DNA of 63,393 nt, filler included, from Pseudovirgaria hyperparasitica (GCA_010093815.1; 4 parts of 4 records of this genome joined end to end with filler, not necessarily neighbours in it), one strand, 5' to 3'; shown: positions 11,003-23,007, numbered from the whole stretch's first letter. The notes: generated by a model not told the origin, from the sequence alone. Numbers and translations are program-made.

Positions 11003-11192
11003 CCTCTTCATGCGAGTAGGATACAGACTGCTGCGGTCAGACAGGACGTGTACATTCCCTATAGAGCGACCGTTGTGGAGAAAGAGTGGTAGGGAATGGT
11101 CCAGGCTTAGACCTCAACGACAGCACCATTCTTTGCCAGCATCTGAGTTCCTGTAAAGATTATTAACCCGAGGCAAGACGGTATGGCGACTT

Positions 11193-13535
11193 TCATGTTG
11201 CGCCTAAAACCTTGAGTACGTGGAGCCTCTCTTGAATGAACGCTGTGGCCTCGGAGTTCCTACTCGTCGGTGGCTTCTCTGTCTGTCTCTTCCGCTTTCG
11301 GTTTGGAGATACTTCGCCGAGAGGCGACCTGACCTCCGGCATACGCGCCCGCTCAAAGTCAATGATGGCCACTCGTCGCTCGGCTGGGCACCACAGGACG
11401 TTTCGCAGCTCCAGGTCGCGATGAAGCACCCCGTGCTGATGGATGGAACAGGTCGCTCGTTCCACCTGGGCGCGAATCTCGGCTGAGTGTCTTGCAAGGA
11501 TCTCTCGCGAGATCTTCACGCCACCGAAGCTCATGAACATCATGTGCGTCAGCTCGGCGATCCCGTCATAGTTATAAGGGTGCGTGAGATCGATGTTCCC
11601 AAGGTGCACCGGCACATGCTCCCCTTGGATCGAACGCAGGCGACCATAGACAGCGGCCTCATGTCTGAGATATGACACAAATCCAGCCGTTGTACCCTTG
11701 GCGGCGACGGTGTATCCATGAGACGTGAGGCAGACTCGGAACAAGACGCCACGAGAGCCATGAATACGTACGCACTCCACGTCATGATCCAGATCTCTCG
11801 ACAGCTGCTTGTGCATGAGACGAAGAAAGCCTGATCGGCCGATCCGGTGATTCCGCCTTCCATGTGCCTTGACATTCGGACATTCGTGGTCCAGAGGCCC
11901 TCGCACGTTGAGGCCTCGCAGACATTTCGGGGTGCAGTATTGCCGCTTCTTGCCTTCGCCGGAGCCACCAGTGCGTCGCGTTATTCGCTGTGTCCTGGGG
12001 GTTCTCTCTTGCTTCGCTCGGCATGATGCAGGCCGTCGCGTAGAAGGCACAGGGGTGTCCGGCTCTGGTTCGGTGTCACTACTGCTCCGTTCTTGCGGCT
12101 GTAGGGGACTGCAGGACCCCGCGGCGCGTAGCGACCTCTTCCGCAGTTGAATCGGGGAATGTCTGAGCTGAATCGTGCATGATGGGGGGATGTAGTCCGA
12201 CGTGAGGCGTTCTGGGGTTGGCACCTGGTCCAGTAGCTCCTCGTACGTGACCTCCCAAGGCTCGAGCGAGGTGCGCGCGTCGCTCTTCCACTTCTGGCTC
12301 CGCGGTGTCGTCTGGATCGCCATCAGCGTCAACGCTAGCATGCGTCCAACAGCAGTCATATGCAGGCGATTGGGCTGGTCGAGTGCTGGCGTCCAGCCAG
12401 TATCCACACCAATATCATGCTTGGGTACTGAGAGGTGATAGTAGACGGTGCCAGGATCGTCAAGCACTCGGAGATAGATATAGGCTTCGCCAGTGCAGAC
12501 GCAACCGTACTCGACCCCGATCTGGATCATGTAGGAAAACGCTTGGACGATAATGGCAGCCACCAACCGCTGCAGCTTCGCTTCCACGCCTTCTGTGTCC
12601 TTCACCTGCACCACATCATCCAAGTCCATCTCTTGCAAGCCAGCGCAGATGCATGCTAGTGAAACCTTGTGTGGCGCTTTATACTCAATGATCAATGCCG
12701 GCTGGCGGTACGACTGTTCCCCCGAGCCGACGTGATAGACGCAAAACTGGTCGGCGCGAGGCCGGGATGATCTTAGTGCGGCTGGGTCAGTGTCAGCAGA
12801 GGGCACGATTGAATGAGATGGATGGTGCTGTGACTGAAGCCTGGCCGACCGCCGTTGCGCGTCGGAGATGTCTATGGCCTGAACAGCCTGTTTGATTTGA
12901 CTGTCGGGGCTCAAGGTGTTTCCATGATTCTCGAAGCTCACCGAGCCTTTGAGACCCAACGAAGATCGAAGTTCGTGATCATCCGCAATGGCAGCGACGA
13001 TCTCAGAGACCGGATCCTCCACTGTCAGACGCTGAAAGACAGTAAGATCTGACTCCGAACTACAAAGTCTTCGGCTCACAGACTGCCCTAGCTCTTCTAG
13101 TGTGTTTATGGTCTTGAAGCGACGCGTCTGAAAAAATCCTGACCTTCGAAATGTAGGCCAGATGCAGTTCTGTTGCTCCTCAAAGTCTAGCCAACGACGT
13201 ACATGGCGTGGGCGGAGTTTGTGCTGGGCATTGTCAGGATTGCCTTGTGTGGAACGTGAGGCATCAGTCTGGACCGTGAATCCCAGACACAGATGGAGGT
13301 GACAGGTATGGAGAAATTCAGGAAGTGTCGTTCTTTGGATTCTCAACTCAGCTTCCTCCCGTCTACGCTGTTCATCTTCGCGTCGCTGTTGTTCCTCGAG
13401 TTGTGCTTGTTCTGCCTGTTCGCGTCGTCGTTGCTCCTCGATTTGCGCTTGTCGTGCCTCCTCTCGAGCACGCTCTGCTTCTTCGCGTCGTCGCTGCTCT
13501 TGTTCAAAGAGCTTCTTATAGTCCGGTTCGCTCAT
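11193..13535 (-). CDS. Spok: Spok-like spore-killer protein (coiled coil, PD-(D/E)xK nuclease, Cys cluster, kinase)
   Basis: Uninterrupted 780-aa ORF: EEQRRRE repeats, TTLPEFLHTCH, RADQFCVY...IEYKAPHK, QYCTPKCLRGL...CPN...H, GSRGVLF...VAAKG...LRHEAAVY...HRDLELRN...IIDFERA. Confidence 0.88.
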   Translation of the reverse strand: MSEPDYKKLFEQEQRRREEAERAREEARQAQIEEQRRREQAEQAQLEEQQRREDEQRRREEAELRIQRTTLPEFLHTCHLHLCLGFTVQTDASRSTQGNPDNAQHKLRPRHVRRWLDFEEQQNCIWPTFRRSGFFQTRRFKTINTLEELGQSVSRRLCSSESDLTVFQRLTVEDPVSEIVAAIADDHELRSSLGLKGSVSFENHGNTLSPDSQIKQAVQAIDISDAQRRSARLQSQHHPSHSIVPSADTDPAALRSSRPRADQFCVYHVGSGEQSYRQPALIIEYKAPHKVSLACICAGLQEMDLDDVVQVKDTEGVEAKLQRLVAAIIVQAFSYMIQIGVEYGCVCTGEAYIYLRVLDDPGTVYYHLSVPKHDIGVDTGWTPALDQPNRLHMTAVGRMLALTLMAIQTTPRSQKWKSDARTSLEPWEVTYEELLDQVPTPERLTSDYIPPSCTIQLRHSPIQLRKRSLRAAGSCSPLQPQERSSSDTEPEPDTPVPSTRRPASCRAKQERTPRTQRITRRTGGSGEGKKRQYCTPKCLRGLNVRGPLDHECPNVKAHGRRNHRIGRSGFLRLMHKQLSRDLDHDVECVRIHGSRGVLFRVCLTSHGYTVAAKGTTAGFVSYLRHEAAVYGRLRSIQGEHVPVHLGNIDLTHPYNYDGIAELTHMMFMSFGGVKISREILARHSAEIRAQVERATCSIHQHGVLHRDLELRNVLWCPAERRVAIIDFERARMPEVRSPLGEVSPNRKRKRQTEKPPTSRNSEATAFIQERLHVLKVLGAT

Positions 13536-14499
13536 CTACGCTGGAAGAAGTTTACATTGTCTTCACTGGTGAGCAAACACGGACATCACTGTTCGGTCAT
13601 CCTGGCACGAATGTTCCTTCCGAGGATCTACCGCAGGCACTACTCATGCACTAACTATCAGCCAAGCTTTACCTCACTCAACTCCTTGCACGTAATATCA
13701 CCCACGCAGCTTGATCGATGGGGATGATTTCTTCTATCTGTTATGCGAATATCTTGATATCTTCATACTGGCGATAGACCCAGCGATGACTGAGGATGAA
13801 GGGATTATAGTCGCCCTAGCTACCTTTTGTGACTGGTCATTTCTCGAATTTCTAAAGTGGCTGACTTTTGTCGATAGAATTCTTTGTCCTCCAGCGCCTG
13901 GTCCAAACGGCATTTGAGATCCTCTATGGTTGACCGAGCAGCCTCTACTTCTTTGGAGGCAGCATCCAATTTTGATGCAAGTTCCAGAGATGATGAAGAC
14001 AAGCTCGTCCATACTCAACTGCTCCGTCAGATGGAGTTACAGCGCCACGGCTTTAATCCTAGTCTCCCAATACAAGCACCTATATTTCCTTAACCTCAGC
14101 CACGTCCTATCTCTGCTCATAGTTCGAATCACTCGCCAACACGTGAGATTCGCCGTAAAACGCCCCCTCAGTCTCGAGTCGTGGATCCCTCTAGTAGCCC
14201 AGCACAACCAGGACGACATCAGGCAGATGTGGTACTGTCAGCCCTCGAATGGCGTGAGGAGATTGAGAGTCACGACAAGACAAGAGCAGGGATACGCGAA
14301 CTGAGGCTATACGCAGACGATAACTGTTGTACTTACCGCCATATTGAGGAGATGACTCGGCCTGGAACTGCTTATCACGAAGACAGCAGGTGATCCACTT
14401 AGTATTTTACTAGACGCACGCCTATATCTTCGCAAGTACAAGGAGCAGCTTAAAGTAAGTGAGGCAGCGTCCTCGCTTCAAGCATTCGCTACAAATAGT

Positions 14500-15630
14500 A
14501 CTGGTAGTACGTAGGTGGAGGTGGTGTGGTGTCTCTTTACGTGTATACAGATGTATATATTCATATACTGAAGCCATATAGTCAACGAATATTACCTAAA
14601 ACGGACATATATATATATTGTATCACTGGCTATCTAAGCGACTTATTATCGCCGACTCGCCGATGAGTGATTCACATAATGAGTTCGTAGAAAAGTCTCC
14701 CAATCTCCTCAACTTCAGTAACCTCTCTACCACCTCTACCTTGCCCAAACTCATCCAAATCTACTACGACTCTCCGTCGGAGCGTCTCATCAATATAATA
14801 CCCATCTGCGGCGTGCTTGAAGAAGCGTAGAGCCCACTGATCGGCGTGGCTATGGGTGAAGGCGACGTTGAGGAAGTCCTCAAAAGTTCGAGATTGCTGA
14901 CGTGTCCAGGTGTCCCACCTACGGATCCACGCCTTTATTACCGCCCATACAAGCTCAATAGGGTTAAAGTCGGGAGAGTACGGCGGTGTATATCGTACAA
15001 TATGGCCAGCACCGAGTATGAGTGGCTCGATTCGTTGGTTCGTATGGAGGGCGAGGTTATCCATAATGATTGTCATCGCACGCCCAGGGTACTTTACCTC
15101 AAGGGCAGGTAGTAAGTATACCTCTAGCCAGGTATAGAACTCTTCCGCTGAGAAGTAACCTTCCTTTATCTAATAGCAGACAGATCCATCAACTATAATA
15201 GCACCACAGGCACTATACGTTGGTCCTCGATCGAGTGTACCAAACTCAGTCGGAGTCTATCCCTTCGGCGCTCTACCTCGACGTCTCCATCCGATTTTCT
15301 CATTAAATATAACCTCATCTAAGAACACGTAAGGGTCTGCTGGCAGCTCCGCGATGTCCTCAAGGTATGAAGCGCGTGCTGTCTCTAAGCGCGCACTACT
15401 AATACGTTTCAATAGCTTACGATCCCAACCTCGCTCAGACAACTCCTTCGATAGAAGCTGTTTGGATACAGTGAGGTTAAACTCTTCATATACCCATCTA
15501 GCCATCTCATCAAGCCCACGCGAAGCAGTCTCTCAAGTAGTTGTCGCATCATACAATCACTCAGTCGTCGCGGTGGGCCATGGCGCGCCAGCCGTGGTTT
15601 ATTACTCTGTCCGTTCTCTCGGGCCATATA
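14500..15630 (-). mobile_element. Degenerate Tc1/IS630-like (DD34E) transposon relic, copy 2
   Basis: YVFLDE; IIMDNLALH followed by 34 residues to E in YSPDFNPIE; interrupted by stops; TIRs not identified. Confidence 0.9.
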
Positions 15631-16607
15631 GTACTCTCCCCGGCCAGGACGTGATCCTGCCTACTTCTAGGTACACCAAAGGTCAGAGCCCATTGAAGGG
15701 GTGAGGTCCTTGGAGCCAGCAGTCACTACTATATACCACGCCCCGCCTTCAAGCATGGCTGCTATTCGGTTTCGCGTTGCCCCTAAGGATCTCTCCATGA
15801 TAGGCCGACCGTGTCTTGCAGGCGAGTATCCTCTGAATCCCATACGTGTACACTCGCGTGACGCGCCTAGGCGACTCAGGTATACTCTACCTACTAACCC
15901 GACTTGTTTCCACTACTCTTAATGGGTCCCTGTAGCCGCCTCTTGCCTGTATCCGTGTACCATTGTCTGTGTGCACTAGTATCCTGCCTCCCACGGTAGA
16001 CTGTGACATCTCTCGTGCGCGGGAGCCACTCTACCTATCTACGGTATAAGTGGTATCTCGTATCGAGCGAAAGGTCTTAACAGAGTCGTGCTGCTGGTGG
16101 TCTTGCTAGGCGGCTTAACAAACGTAGTTTAACACTGCAGGAGAGTTAGCCTTAACAAGTTCATCTAGTAGTAGCTTCTAGTTGCCCTCGACGTGATTTC
16201 TCGCTGATCCTCACGTTCTCAGAGCCGTTCAAGCCTCGAGGTGTCCTGTCGCGCTGCTAGGACTTCCGATTTCCCTACCCAGATGGCTAGATAGGTTCTG
16301 GCCTGCTTTCGACACAGCAGCAGCGCGTCGGGTGGCTTTCTTATCCCAGTATCCTCGTAAACTTCTCTTGACGCGTTGATTAAGAACAGGATGGAAGTAT
16401 ATGCTGTCCCAGCTGGTTGTTGTGGTGTGGTCTACTGCTGAGCTGACGCGTCGCGAGAACTCTGCAACCACCCACCCAGCGACGACAACGTCGCCATCAA
16501 TGCCGCTCCGAAACTCTTGCTACTCTCATCAGGATGAGAGCATTGCCCAGCTGCAACGACGTGGACGCGTTTCGTAAGACTCTGCAGCCTACTAAGTATA
16601 TATATAT

Positions 16608-16750
16608 ACTTCAGTTCAGTTCAATCATTTACAGTTCAATACTATCTTAAATTGAAGTTGAACTGAAGCGTCAGTTCTTGGCAAGAGGCCTCAACTGAAC
16701 TGGACTGACCAGTTCTTGAGGCGGTCGAATTGAAGTTGAACTGACTGATA
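16608..16750. repeat. Cluster of short inverted CAGTTCA/TGAACTG repeats
   Basis: CAGTTCAGTTCAA, TTGAAGTTGAACTGA (twice), ACTGAACTGGACTG; resembles a DNA-transposon subterminal region. Confidence 0.5.
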
Positions 16751-16807
16751 GGAAGTCTGAAATTTACCGCCGTATTATCCCTCCATAATATATAAAACTA
16801 TAATACA

Positions 16808-17026
16808 TGTAAGAATAGGGTAAATGGATAGTAGTGTAGCCAGATGAAACAATGAGGTGTATTCTGTCACAGAATGAATTACTGCCGAACCCTCTCGGTA
16901 TATACACAAAGGGGTGCCGATCTGCCCGGCACGTGACCGTTCACCGCCTATGACGCCATTCATCTCCTGACCCAGTCAGCTGAGATGCGTGCGGATCTGG
17001 CCCTCGCCTAATGTTGAGTCCTGACA
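16808..17026. mobile_element. Solo LTR (219 bp)
   Basis: TGTAAG...CCTGACA termini with flanking 5-mers ATACA/ATATA (TSD with one C>T change); non-RIPped island within TA-rich DNA. Confidence 0.65.
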
Positions 17027-17894
17027 ATATATAATAGAAGAAAGCTAGTATAACTAATATATAGTACTATAGATCTTTAATATTCTCTCTATATCCTTCT
17101 AGAGCGCCGTTAAATATAGGAGTATATAGATAGCTAGACCTAAGAATCTCTCTCTATAATCTACTCTCTTTACTCTTTTTCTATAATTTTGGAGATATTA
17201 TAGATAATTTAAAGTAATAAAAAGAGTATAGATATAATCTTAGGGTTATATAAGATTAGTGTATAGTAGTATTTATAATTATAGAGGTATGATATAGCGG
17301 TAATAGATAACAATGTCGTTTGGTAACCGCACTGTCTCTCTAAAAGATTTTGAGACATTTAGGACTCTTCGCCTTATTGGTTTCCATTTACAATGTTTTA
17401 CTGAGTTGCATAGGGTTGTTAACCAGCTCAAATCCATCCAGATCATGCACTGCACTGGCGTTGCGCGATTCCTGAGCCAGATACCACCTGATACGCATGG
17501 ACGAGTTCGAATGTTGTTTGCATTACAGTCATACTGCATCAACTACAAGTGCTATTAAATGGTTTCTTGGGAGAGTTCGTGGTCTACATAAACTAGGACG
17601 GTCTTCACGTCATCCTCTATTCGTCGTCTTTAACAATCATATCTCACTTTCCTACTCCCTTGAGACAGGTACATATGTACTGCGCGAATTTAGGCCTTCG
17701 ACGTAGCGGAAAGTATGAGTTAGGGCAACCTAGAACAAGAAGTCACTATTGAGTATAACGAGAATAAGGACATGTACACGACGATAGTAGGAAAGTCTCT
17801 ACACCGTGTTTCAAAGTCCGAGATAGAACTTGCACCTCATTCTCGATGACAGGGCGCTCATAGGAAACATGGTTAGGCGGGCTATGGAAGCAAG

Positions 17895-17994
17895 NNNNNN
17901 NNNNNNNNNNNNNNNNNNNNNNNNNNNNNNNNNNNNNNTTAATTAATTAANNNNNNNNNNNNNNNNNNNNNNNNNNNNNNNNNNNNNNNNNNNN
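17895..17994. other. Artificial scaffold linker
   Basis: 44 N + TTAATTAATTAA (six-frame stop) + 44 N; identical construct occurs three times. Confidence 0.97.
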
Positions 17995-18089
17995 CCCTAA
18001 CCCTAACCCTAACCCTAACCCTAACCCTAACCCTAACCCTAACCCTAACCCTAACCCTAACCCTAACCCTAACCCTAACCCTAACCCTA
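17995..18089 (+). repeat. Telomere repeat (CCCTAA)15
   Basis: 15 perfect units plus CCCTA at the very start of scaffold B, in left-end orientation. Confidence 0.98.
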
Positions 18090-20027
18090 TAAACTTACTA
18101 TTAAATTAACCGAATCGGGCCTACTAAATTAGTTACTACTATAAACCTAGACTATATATACTTACATTAGACGGATTATTACGTCTACTCTAGTCTACTA
18201 TAATATATATACTACTCTCTTCTTCGAACGTTTTTATTAAATATATAATACTAGACGCCCTCGTCGCTATGGGTATAGTATTTCTACTATATATATTAGA
18301 CTAATATACTAAATTAGTACTATAGCTACTAGTAACGCTATCTATAGATTCTAGGTCCGAAATAGAATTAGAGAATATAGTAATATCTTTATATAGGGCC
18401 GTATTAGTAGTAGATATATCTAATTCTATAGACTTAGACTTCTAATTAATACTTAACGGCTAAATACTAATAGAGTAAACTAAAGAGTTCTATTAACTAA
18501 TATAACTATAAGTACTAAAGCCGCGCCGTAACCCGGTTAATAGTGGTAGCTACGGGCCTAATAGTTATAATAATAATAGTAATATAGTAAGCCGTACTCG
18601 TCTATATAGTTCTAAGTTATAGTACCTATAGATTATATAGTATATACTACTAATCTTTCTACTATAGTATTAGTAGGAGACTACGGTCTATAGTATCTTA
18701 AGATATAGTTACTATAAAGGAAAAATACTATAGTATAATTATTAGTAGATAGTAATAATATAGTATACGGCGGATATTCTAGGCGTATACCGGAAGAAGT
18801 TAGGTGTAAGCCCGTCGAAAGCCCGATATATATCTACTAACCCCTAACTTCTACCCGGCTCTTAGCCCTTTAATTCCTATATATACTTACTTAAAATTAT
18901 TAATAATAACGTATAAGTATTACGCGTCTATAAAAATACTATATTAGTCTATATCTAAACCTTTATTATATCTACTAGCTAGTTATTATCCCGCTACCTA
19001 ATATTATCGTCTAGTAGATTACTAATCTATAGCTAATAAAAATATCTACTAATCTCTTATATATCTTCTCTATAGAACCTCTAATACGGAAGATAGTTAA
19101 GGGACTATCTAGCTACTATAGCGGTAATACTAATAGAAGATAATCTAGTAACTATAGTAAACTAAATAGAATAGATAAATAAAGATATAATATAACGTAG
19201 ACACGTATTAGTATTAATAATAGGGACTTATACGATAGCCATTAATATAAAAAACGTATATATATATACCTAGCTTATCTTAACGCGTTCGTTTACCTAC
19301 TAATAACCTAGTAGTCTAGGTATACTAGTAGCGAATATAGTAGTAACGCCCTATATAGCTTAGATATTACGGTAATATTCTACTATAATAGTAACTAGAG
19401 ATATAACGGCCTTACGTCCTCTTCTCTACTATATTAGCTATCTAGCTTAATAGATAAAGATAGAGAAATAGTAGTAGAGAGGGAACTAACTATCCGTGAA
19501 AAGAGGCGGTTCTATAGAGATAGTCTCTAGCCTTATAAACGAGACTATTACCTCGTAATAATAGAGATTTTAATTACTATAACGTTTTTAGGCCGGTTAC
19601 TACTAGTATTTAACCGCCTTAATATATAGCTAGATAGTAGCCTAGATAGTTTTAGAATACTAGTATAATCGGCCTAGATAGCCGCCAGAGATATTAATCT
19701 TAGTAGCTACTACCTTAATTATAATTTATAAAACATACCTCCCGTCTATATTATTACGCTAGTAAAGAAAGATATAATAGACTTCTATTACTAACTCCTC
19801 TCTAGAGTTAGATAGATAGTATCTAAATACTAGAACTAGAAGATAGCTAAGAAGAGAAAAGCTAGTATAAGTAACCTAATATATAATAACGCGTATATAG
19901 AAGTAAAGGTATATTACTTATATTATATTAGACGTGTTACTAATTATTAGTATAATACTAGCGTAACTTGGAAAATATTTATAGAGCTAGTAGTAATTAA
20001 GGCTCTAAAGTTAGTTCTACTATAGTC
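18090..20027 (+). pseudogene. RIP-degraded subtelomeric sequence, possibly the 5' part of a telomere-linked helicase
   Basis: Extreme TpA enrichment; position next to telomere; weak de-RIPped resemblance to DUF3505-type IICRxCQxGIR near 18735. No helicase motifs seen. Confidence 0.3.
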
Positions 20028-21399
20028 NNNNNNNNNNNNNNNNNNNNNNNNNNNNNNNNNNNNNNNNNNNNNNNNNNNNNNNNNNNNNNNNNNNNNNNNN
20101 NNNNNNNNNNNNNNNNNNNNNNNNNNNNNNNNNNNNNNNNNNNNNNNNNNNNNNNNNNNNNNNNNNNNNNNNNNNNNNNNNNNNNNNNNNNNNNNNNNNN
20201 NNNNNNNNNNNNNNNNNNNNNNNNNNNNNNNNNNNNNNNNNNNNNNNNNNNNNNNNNNNNNNNNNNNNNNNNNNNNNNNNNNNNNNNNNNNNNNNNNNNN
20301 NNNNNNNNNNNNNNNNNNNNNNNNNNNNNNNNNNNNNNNNNNNNNNNNNNNNNNNNNNNNNNNNNNNNNNNNNNNNNNNNNNNNNNNNNNNNNNNNNNNN
20401 NNNNNNNNNNNNNNNNNNNNNNNNNNNNNNNNNNNNNNNNNNNNNNNNNNNNNNNNNNNNNNNNNNNNNNNNNNNNNNNNNNNNNNNNNNNNNNNNNNNN
20501 NNNNNNNNNNNNNNNNNNNNNNNNNNNNNNNNNNNNNNNNNNNNNNNNNNNNNNNNNNNNNNNNNNNNNNNNNNNNNNNNNNNNNNNNNNNNNNNNNNNN
20601 NNNNNNNNNNNNNNNNNNNNNNNNNNNNNNNNNNNNNNNNNNNNNNNNNNNNNNNNNNNNNNNNNNNNNNNNNNNNNNNNNNNNNNNNNNNNAGTATATA
20701 TACGTATAGTATAAATAAGTCTATTACTAACTTATTATCCCTAGTTATAGCTACCTTAACTAGTAGTCTATCTACCCTAACCGATACTTAAATTAAAATA
20801 AAGTTAGATAGTAGCGGACGTTTAAGTTAGGTCTTTAATCTATATATAAAGAGTATATACTTTTAAGAGAAGTCGGATATTAGTATATAACTAGAGAACT
20901 ATATAGACTACCACGAGGCCAAATAGATAATATAAGAGAGAATAAAAATAGTAACTAGAAATATAGAGGGAAGTATCTAGTAGAAGAAAAGGTTATTAAA
21001 GGTAGTTCTAGATAAGGATACCTTTTAATAGATAAAGGACACCGTCTAAAGATAGAAGAAAGGAAGGTCTACTATATTTTATTTTAGCTATATAGTCGGA
21101 GAGAGCTTAGAATAGTACTATTTAATTTAAGTTCCTAGTCTAATTAATTTTAAACCTCTACTCTCTATTATATATTATCTTTCTAGTATTAAATTTAAAG
21201 ACTATAATTAAATATACTAAAGATATAATTTAGAATAATAAGATATATAGAGTTATAGAGATACTTTAGATAAAGATATTACTTTAGAAAAGAGACTTCT
21301 ATTAAAATAGATAGAGTATATAGAATAGATAGAGTAGATAGAGTAGATAGAGAAGCTTAAATACTAGATACTATTTATTCTATAAGAGTTATTAGTATA

Positions 21400-23007
21400 T
21401 AGTAAATAAGTAGTACTAGTAAGCTAATTAGTATTAAGAAAATAACTAGTACTAATTATTCTATTAGTATAAACGGTACGTTTAGTATAAACGGGACGTT
21501 TAATATAACTAGTACGTTCGGTACTAACGAGACGTTTAGTATAACTAGTACGTTCGGTATAAATGGGACATTTAGTATAACTAGTACGTTCGGTATAAAC
21601 GGGACGTTCGATATAAGCGGGATACTTAGTATAAATTATATAAAGCCGTTCTATTAGGATAGATAGTAAGTAGATCCGCCTAATGAATACAATGGAATAA
21701 AAGAATACTTAGGGAGTACTTAGAAGTACTTGGGAGCGCCGTATCTTTCCTAATATATCTAGAACCTAAGAGAACTTATAGAGAAAGAGAGAAAGTTACT
21801 ATAGAAGTTACTATAAAGAGAACTAGATAATAGACTTAATAGAATAGAGACTAGCTTATAATAGATTTAGAAAGAGCTATTCTAAGGTAAGCGCTCTAAT
21901 ATATAGATATAGATTATAGCTATACCTAGAGCTACCGCCCTAAGGACTACTAGAATTATAGATAGAGTATATAGTATATATATTATAATCTAGAATAAAG
22001 ATACTCTTATATAGGTATAATAAGTATCCCTAAAGAAAATTGTAAATAAGATAAATAAATAGAAGAAAATATAGTTAAATATTATAGCTACTAAAGTCAC
22101 GCTAGAAGGGGTAGTACTTACTACTATAACTAATATAGTATAGTAGAGTATCTTATATAACCTAAATATAATAGATAATATCTTCCCTAGCGCGTCTATC
22201 TAGATAGCTATATATCTAATATAGATATATATAGTACTAGTATAGAGATAGACTATTAGTATAGAGAATCTCTTATATATAGAATAAGCTAATAAGTAAA
22301 AATACCTAGGGACTAAGATTACGAAGGCATAGTAGAAGAATCTATAAGAGATTAAGATAAAGACTAAAAAATACTCTACTATAATTATAGAGCTCTAGGA
22401 CCCCGCCCTTATATAACGCGTTATATAGAAGGGATTTCTTATAGAAGGTAAACTCCTTATAGTTAAACTATAGAATAGAGCGTAGATAATAATATAGTAC
22501 TTTAACTATTAAGAGTATAGCTATACTATATAATAGTACTTATAGAAGACTAAATACGGCTAGTATTACAGAGACTATACTATCTAGAAATACCCTTATA
22601 AACCGCGAGAAGATAGACTAAGAAATAAGAATATAGTATAGTATTTAAACTATAATAGAAAATATCTATTATAGTTATTAATATATACTAAATATAGATA
22701 GATTACTAAGTATATTTATATAATAAAAGTAAGAGATATAAGATAGCTATAAAATATAATATCTATTATAAACTCTTCTATTATAATAAATATAATCTTA
22801 ATCTTCTTCTAGAATAGTAATGTAGTAGAATAGTAGACTATCTCTAGAATAATAGAGAGACTAAAAGATATAGTTAAAGCTACTACTATAAGGGGATAGC
22901 TCCGCCTCTAAGAAATAAGTATATAGATATATATACTCTCTAGTATCTAATAAGGGACTATAATATACTCTAAATTATATAGATAAATATATAGTATAAA
23001 AGAGAGA
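21400..23007 (+). mobile_element. RIPped Tad1-like LINE L1, 5' part (ORF1 and start of ORF2); 5' boundary uncertain
   Basis: 21860-23007 aligns with ORF1 of L2 (23660-24786); interrupted at an 18-bp TSD. Confidence 0.75.
21464..21635 (+). repeat. 18-bp tandem repeat, ~9.5 units
   Basis: Units such as TTAGTATAAACGGGACGT / TCGGTATAAACGGGACGT / TTAGTATAACTAGTACGT. Confidence 0.85.

Noticed and set aside
11204..13727. Many short ORFs overlapping the Spok-like gene
   Set aside because: Shadow frames of a GC-rich coding region with no recognisable motifs.
13734..14393. Coiled-coil ORF fragments upstream of the Spok-like gene as a separate antidote gene
   Set aside because: Short, broken frames without motifs; Spok-type proteins carry resistance in the same polypeptide.
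17030..17894. Possible Starship DUF3723/DUF3435 remnant
   Set aside because: Partly RIPped, coding-like on the minus strand, but no diagnostic motif could be recognised.
17895..18089. Interstitial telomere or chromosome fusion; TTAATTAATTAA as a biological motif
   Set aside because: The 100-nt N-flanked linker recurs identically three times and is an assembly join, so adjacency across linkers (e.g. Spok being subtelomeric) cannot be inferred.
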